From: a virus
DNA: 41,497 nt
Strand: one strand, 5' to 3'
Virus genome (UHGV): UHGV-0033333
Shown here in pieces: positions 38,197 to 41,497 of the stretch (its first letter is position 1; each line of letters starts with the position of its first letter). The position numbers and the translations under genes are program-made. A model generated the notes under the pieces. It was not told where the DNA came from and ran no database searches. It saw only the letters and a program-made list of their open reading frames with translations.

Positions 38197-38610
38197 CTAC
38201 TCTTTGTATTTCTTAGGAGTGTACTTTTCTTTGTTAATGATCTTTAATCTCTTTAAAGCAATTTCCAGTTCATCACGGAAGAGCTCTGCAGCTTCCGGAC
38301 TCAATTCCTCACCATTATAACTTGCAGGTCCATCTTCGCCAGAGGTGAGCTTTTCCATGATGTTGTCCAGATCTTTTGAAATATCTTTATTATCTTTTTC
38401 AGATAAACCGTCTGCGTCAATTCCTTTTAATAGGTAATCAGTACTCACATCAAAATAGTTTGCAATTAACAAGAGTTTTTCTGCGCTTGGATTAGGATTC
38501 GATTTCCATTTTGAAATAGTACCCTTTCCAAACCCTAATTCTTTTTCTAAATCGGATTGGTTGATTCCTTTTTTATCACAAAGAGAGATTACTCTGTTGA
38601 ATAAATTCAT
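38197..38610 (-). CDS. XRE-family HTH repressor (ImmR/CI-like)
   Basis: N-terminal HTH (QSDLEKELGFGKGTISKWKSN); acidic linker; divergent from cro. Confidence 0.8.
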   Translation of the reverse strand: MNLFNRVISLCDKKGINQSDLEKELGFGKGTISKWKSNPNPSAEKLLLIANYFDVSTDYLLKGIDADGLSEKDNKDISKDLDNIMEKLTSGEDGPASYNGEELSPEAAELFRDELEIALKRLKIINKEKYTPKKYKE

Positions 38611-38643
38611 ATCAGTCCTTTCTGAAAAAATTCAACAAAAGGC

Positions 38644-38672
38644 TTGACAAATGATGAATATATTCATATAAT
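38644..38672 (+). promoter_or_regulatory. Rightward PR-like promoter TTGACA-17-TATAAT with 14-bp perfect palindromic operator ATGAATATATTCAT (38654-38667) in the spacer
   Basis: Exact consensus hexamers and spacing. Imperfect operator copies TGAATAAATTCA (38686-38697) and TGAATATTTTCA (38789-38800). Confidence 0.55.
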
Positions 38673-38750
38673 CATATCTAACAGATGAATAAATTCAACA
38701 AAAACCTTGTAAGATGAATTATTTCAATTTAAATTTGTTTGGTTACAGAT

Positions 38751-38779
38751 ATAATAGAATATTTTCATCGGAAAGTCAA
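38751..38779 (-). promoter_or_regulatory. Leftward promoter TTGACT-17-TATTAT toward immR, face-to-face with PR
   Basis: AGTCAA at 38774-38779 and ATAATA at 38751-38756 on the + strand; same GAAAGTCAATAT context as cassettes A-C. Confidence 0.45.
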
Positions 38780-38803
38780 TATAAATGTTGAATATTTTCA
38801 TCT

Positions 38804-39022
38804 ATGAAAGGAGGAACGAAGGTGATTTATGACAATATCCGAGCAATCTGCGATAAGAAAAATATTTCTATTAAGCAGGTGGAAAGAGAACTGGGGTTTT
38901 CAAACTCAAGTATTTGCAAATGGAATGAATGTGAGCCGAGTGTTTGGAAGGTGCAGAAAGTAGCAGATTATCTTGGTGTATCTATGGAATATCTGTTATC
39001 AGACCAGAAGGAGGCAAGTTGA
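38804..39022 (+). CDS. Cro-like XRE HTH protein
   Basis: IKQVERELGFSNSSICKWN. Likely real start is GTG 38822 (AAAGGAGG + 7 nt). Confidence 0.65.
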   Translation: MKGGTKVIYDNIRAICDKKNISIKQVERELGFSNSSICKWNECEPSVWKVQKVADYLGVSMEYLLSDQKEAS

Positions 39023-39023
39023 A

Positions 39024-39212
39024 GTGCGAGAATGGATTGTACTGATTATAGCAGTAGTTTCTGTTATCCAATGGATTAAATGGAAAATCACTGCACAGGC
39101 ATTAATTTATTATAACGAGAAAAACCAATACAAACATCCCGGAAAAACAGAAATGGGAGAGTGCATTGGCTTTGTCGTGGAAAACACCATCAAAGATTTA
39201 ATTGGCCGTTGA
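39024..39212 (+). CDS. 62-aa small membrane protein after cro
   Basis: GAAGGAGG lies 9 nt before GTG 39024. N-terminal TM helix WIVLIIAVVSVIQWIKW. Confidence 0.35.
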   Translation: MREWIVLIIAVVSVIQWIKWKITAQALIYYNEKNQYKHPGKTEMGECIGFVVENTIKDLIGR

Positions 39213-39585
39213 CCATCTGAGTAAGAACGGAAGCTGCAATCTGCGATATTACATTCAGAGAAAAAGAACCTACGTTTCCACTGATCTTTTTGACTTTTTC
39301 CCAAACAGTGTCAGAACGCACGCTTTCAAGAAATTGATAGCCAGTGTATGTAATGCGGTACACATCAAGAGCAACGATTGCATCATCTCCGTCATTTCGG
39401 TAACAAACGATGAAACCTGCATCGTCAAGCACGAGTAATGTGTTGGCGATTTCTTCAATGGAAAAATTAATTTTTCCGGGAAGATCAAAAACGCTGATTT
39501 CATTAATTTCCAGATCTGAATTCATAGTGAGATTTTCTTCCAGATAAAGCATAACAGTACGAATGCATTCGGGGTTAAGTTTCAT
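39190..39585 (-). CDS. Hypothetical 131-aa protein (YjcQ-like winged-helix?, tentative)
   Basis: Driven by cassette B promoter; RBS AAAGGAG 6 nt before ATG. Confidence 0.5.
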   Translation of the reverse strand: MKLNPECIRTVMLYLEENLTMNSDLEINEISVFDLPGKINFSIEEIANTLLVLDDAGFIVCYRNDGDDAIVALDVYRITYTGYQFLESVRSDTVWEKVKKISGNVGSFSLNVISQIAASVLTQMVNGQLNL

Positions 39586-39599
39586 TTTGTTCTCCTTTC

Positions 39600-39693
39600 T
39601 TTTATTCAGACATGGCGGTGTCTCGTAATAAAAGAATAGGAGCGTAGTAGCAGAAAGTCAATATTTTTTATCAGACAAGAAGGAGGCGAGCTA
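39600..39693. promoter_or_regulatory. Conserved bidirectional cassette copy B
   Basis: AGACAtggcggTGTCT (39608-39623, covarying stem); -10 TATTCT (39638-39633); -35 TTGACT (39661-39656); + strand RBS GAAGGAGGCGAG. Confidence 0.55.
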
Positions 39694-40050
39694 ATGTTTT
39701 TTCGAAAAAAGAAAACAGAACCTAGCACCAGGCAATACCCACCAGCATTTAATGATGATCCACCATGTTTACATGTCACAACCGACTACGCAGATAATAA
39801 GATTTTTTCCCGAGAGTTACATATCGCTTTATCGGACCGCGACTGGTGTGAATTTGTAAAACAAGATTTTTATCCTCAGTTAATTGAATGGGTTCGTCAT
39901 TTGGAAAATATCGAAATTCCACATAACATTGAAAAATACTACTCAGATACTGGCAGCATTTCGGTGGCTGACCAGATAAAATCAGCCGCCGAAATGGTGG
40001 GAAAAACAGGACTCAAGTGTGTTCCGGATTCTGTAATCCACCAGAAATAA
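39694..40050 (+). CDS. Hypothetical 118-aa protein
   Basis: ATG 7 nt after GGAGGCGAG; 3' end overlaps the convergent gene 40013..40300. Confidence 0.5.
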   Translation: MFFRKKKTEPSTRQYPPAFNDDPPCLHVTTDYADNKIFSRELHIALSDRDWCEFVKQDFYPQLIEWVRHLENIEIPHNIEKYYSDTGSISVADQIKSAAEMVGKTGLKCVPDSVIHQK

Positions 40051-40300
40051 CTTTGAAATTGGGCTTAATATCAGTCTTTTCTAAATCAATAATTCCATAG
40101 CTGTCAAGAAGCCGTAACGTAAGACCTGTTGCTAAAGAGACAGATGTGGTTGCGATTATAGAAGCAAGCTGAGATGAAATAACATTAATATCTTGGGAAA
40201 AATCAATTTGAGAAAGCATGGTCTCGATTTGCTTCGAATTAGAAGAAACCAGAGATAAGGTGTTATCCATAATAAATTGATTGAGTTCTTCAGATGTCAT
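40013..40300 (-). CDS. Hypothetical 95-aa protein
   Basis: Driven by cassette C promoter; 5' UTR carries the GGACAccaccaTGTCC hairpin. Confidence 0.5.
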   Translation of the reverse strand: MTSEELNQFIMDNTLSLVSSNSKQIETMLSQIDFSQDINVISSQLASIIATTSVSLATGLTLRLLDSYGIIDLEKTDIKPNFKVISGGLQNPEHT

Positions 40301-40317
40301 AAATTATCATATTCCTT

Positions 40318-40415
40318 TCGTAATATTCGGACATGGTGGTGTCCTGTAATACAAGAATAGGAGCGGAGGAAAAGAAAGTCAATATTTTTGTTAAAACAGA
40401 AGGAGGCGAGTTGAG
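40318..40415. promoter_or_regulatory. Conserved bidirectional cassette copy C (nearly identical to A)
   Basis: GGACAtggtggTGTCC (40329-40344); -10 TATTCT (40359-40354); -35 TTGACT (40382-40377); RBS GAAGGAGGCGAG. Confidence 0.55.
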
Positions 40416-40619
40416 ATGGAGTACAAGGAATGGGAAAAACAAAGAACTGCCGCACTGGAAGTATTCCGGGAATTTTTAAAAACACTTCCGAAAAAAGGCT
40501 TTACACTGCGGCAGATGGAAATGATCGGAAATGAAGCAAAAAATGAAGTTGAAAATGTCATTACCGATATTAAAGAAAAATTAGTGCTTACTGAAGATCT
40601 GACTGACCTTCTGAAATAG
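40416..40619 (+). CDS. Hypothetical 67-aa protein
   Basis: ATG follows GGAGGCGAGTTGAG; 3' overlap with the convergent minus-strand gene. Confidence 0.5.
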   Translation: MEYKEWEKQRTAALEVFREFLKTLPKKGFTLRQMEMIGNEAKNEVENVITDIKEKLVLTEDLTDLLK

Positions 40620-40773
40620 AATCACGGATTTTCTTCAGAAGTCTGCGATACAAAACAGCAAATTCAAAAGCATTATTTTCAGTAATTGCCTCACCACGAA
40701 GTTGATAGTCGTGAATTGCTGCCTGGATAGCGAGGTCATGAGCACGCTGTTCAATACTGATATCTTTGTACAT
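40588..40773 (-). CDS. Hypothetical 61-aa protein (start MYKDISIEQ...)
   Basis: AAAGGAG lies 8 nt before ATG 40773. The track's 40791 start lacks an RBS. Confidence 0.45.
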   Translation of the reverse strand: MYKDISIEQRAHDLAIQAAIHDYQLRGEAITENNAFEFAVLYRRLLKKIRDSISEGQSDLQ

Positions 40774-40795
40774 AAAAAAATCTCCTTTCATTTTA

Positions 40796-40866
40796 CTCGG
40801 ACATGGCAGTGCCCTGTAAGAAAAAGATAGGAGAATAATAAGTAAAAGTCAACCAGAACATAGCAA
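40796..40866. promoter_or_regulatory. Cassette copy D (diverged): GGACAtggcagTGCCC, -10 TATCTT, -35 TTGACT (40852-40847)
   Basis: Shares ACTCGGACATGGCAGTG with A and AAAAGTCAACCAGA with 35325-35340. Confidence 0.45.
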
Positions 40867-41063
40867 ATTACCTATTTGGTATAGAGAAAGGAGCATAGAG
40901 GGGTGAGAAAACATAAAAGAGTAAATACGATATCAATCTTCCTTTCAGCTCTCTTGTGTGCCCTACTTAGAGCAACCGGAAAGCTGGAAGGAAACTTCGA
41001 ATTTTCTCAGACATATATGCTGCTGTATTTGTGTATCAGAAGTGTTTTAAAACAGGAGAAACA

Positions 41064-41228
41064 ATGACTAATTACATTATCTTGGCCAGTGTTTGGGTAG
41101 TTGCGCTGGTATGTTGGAGAATAATGAAAAAAATAGAACCTGAAATAGCAAGCGCTTATCTGGTATATGTCTTGATTATATGCATATTAGTTACAGCGTT
41201 TGGAGTAAGTTACTTATCTCAGGTTTAA
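41064..41228 (+). CDS. 54-aa two-TM membrane peptide (MTNYIILASVWVVALVCWRIMKK...)
   Basis: RBS AACAGGAGAAACA precedes ATG 41064. Confidence 0.4.
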   Translation: MTNYIILASVWVVALVCWRIMKKIEPEIASAYLVYVLIICILVTAFGVSYLSQV

Positions 41229-41497
41229 TTTGTTCAAGTAAAGCTGTGGCATTATCAAAATCTGAAATTATAATAGCAGAATTAATGTCAATCATAGTTT
41301 TGGCAAGATGATCAGGAGCGTAAGCAAGCGCGAGGAAATAATATTCACCGTAATCTTTTTGAGACGGACTGTCAGCATAGTGAATACATTTTCCTGTGTA
41401 TCTAAGGTACTTCTCAAAAATTGAACGAATGTAGTAAGTGGTATTTTCGAGATGCTTTTGTTCGAGTTCCATACGCTTAAGCTTAAGTTGATAACGA
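41191..41497 (-). CDS. 3' part of the junction-spanning gene (continues from 1..86); internal ATG at 41472
   Basis: Minus frame is open from 41497 to the stop at 41191. Codon phase is continuous with the window-start ORF when the ends are joined. Confidence 0.4.
   Translation of the reverse strand, partial: RYQLKLKRMELEQKHLENTTYYIRSIFEKYLRYTGKCIHYADSPSQKDYGEYYFLALAYAPDHLAKTMIDINSAIIISDFDNATALLEQIKPEISNLLQTL

Overview
The window reads as one complete temperate siphovirus-type phage genome, about 41.5 kb, from a Gram-positive (Firmicutes/Clostridia-like) host. It appears to be in circular or attP configuration, linearized inside the early region. Gene order on the + strand runs from excisionase-like HTH and small membrane peptides, through a palindrome-rich putative origin, a HUH rolling-circle Rep, a catalytically degenerate RNase H-like protein and a PcfK/PcfJ-like pair, to early hypotheticals (two HNH-like, Cys-rich micro-ORFs, a PD-(D/E)XK-like nuclease) and an ArpU/RinA-like late regulator. 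Next comes an insulated promoter-operator-small-peptide cassette, then HNH, terS (P27), terL, portal, ClpP-like protease, HK97-like capsid and head-tail genes. The tail module has a -1 frameshift chaperone (CCCAAAC), a 2091-aa tape measure, Dit, Tal and three fibre proteins (collagen-like GXY tract, PA14-like domain, shared repeat module). Holin and a GH25-CHAP-like-SH3b endolysin precede an attP-like repeat region, followed on the - strand by tyrosine integrase, ImmA and ImmR, then cro on the + strand. The most unusual part is the accessory region from about 39.0 kb across the window junction to about 0.3 kb. It is an alternating-orientation array of small genes organized by four copies of a conserved ~95-bp bidirectional cassette. 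Each cassette carries a minus-strand TTGACT-17-TATnnT promoter, a GGACA-N6-TGTCC hairpin or operator, and shared AAAGGAG and GAAGGAGGCGAG ribosome-binding sites. Related promoter copies drive immR and a putative small RNA. A minus-strand ORF runs off the window start and continues in frame at the window end, which supports a closed circle. No rRNA, tRNA or CRISPR was seen.
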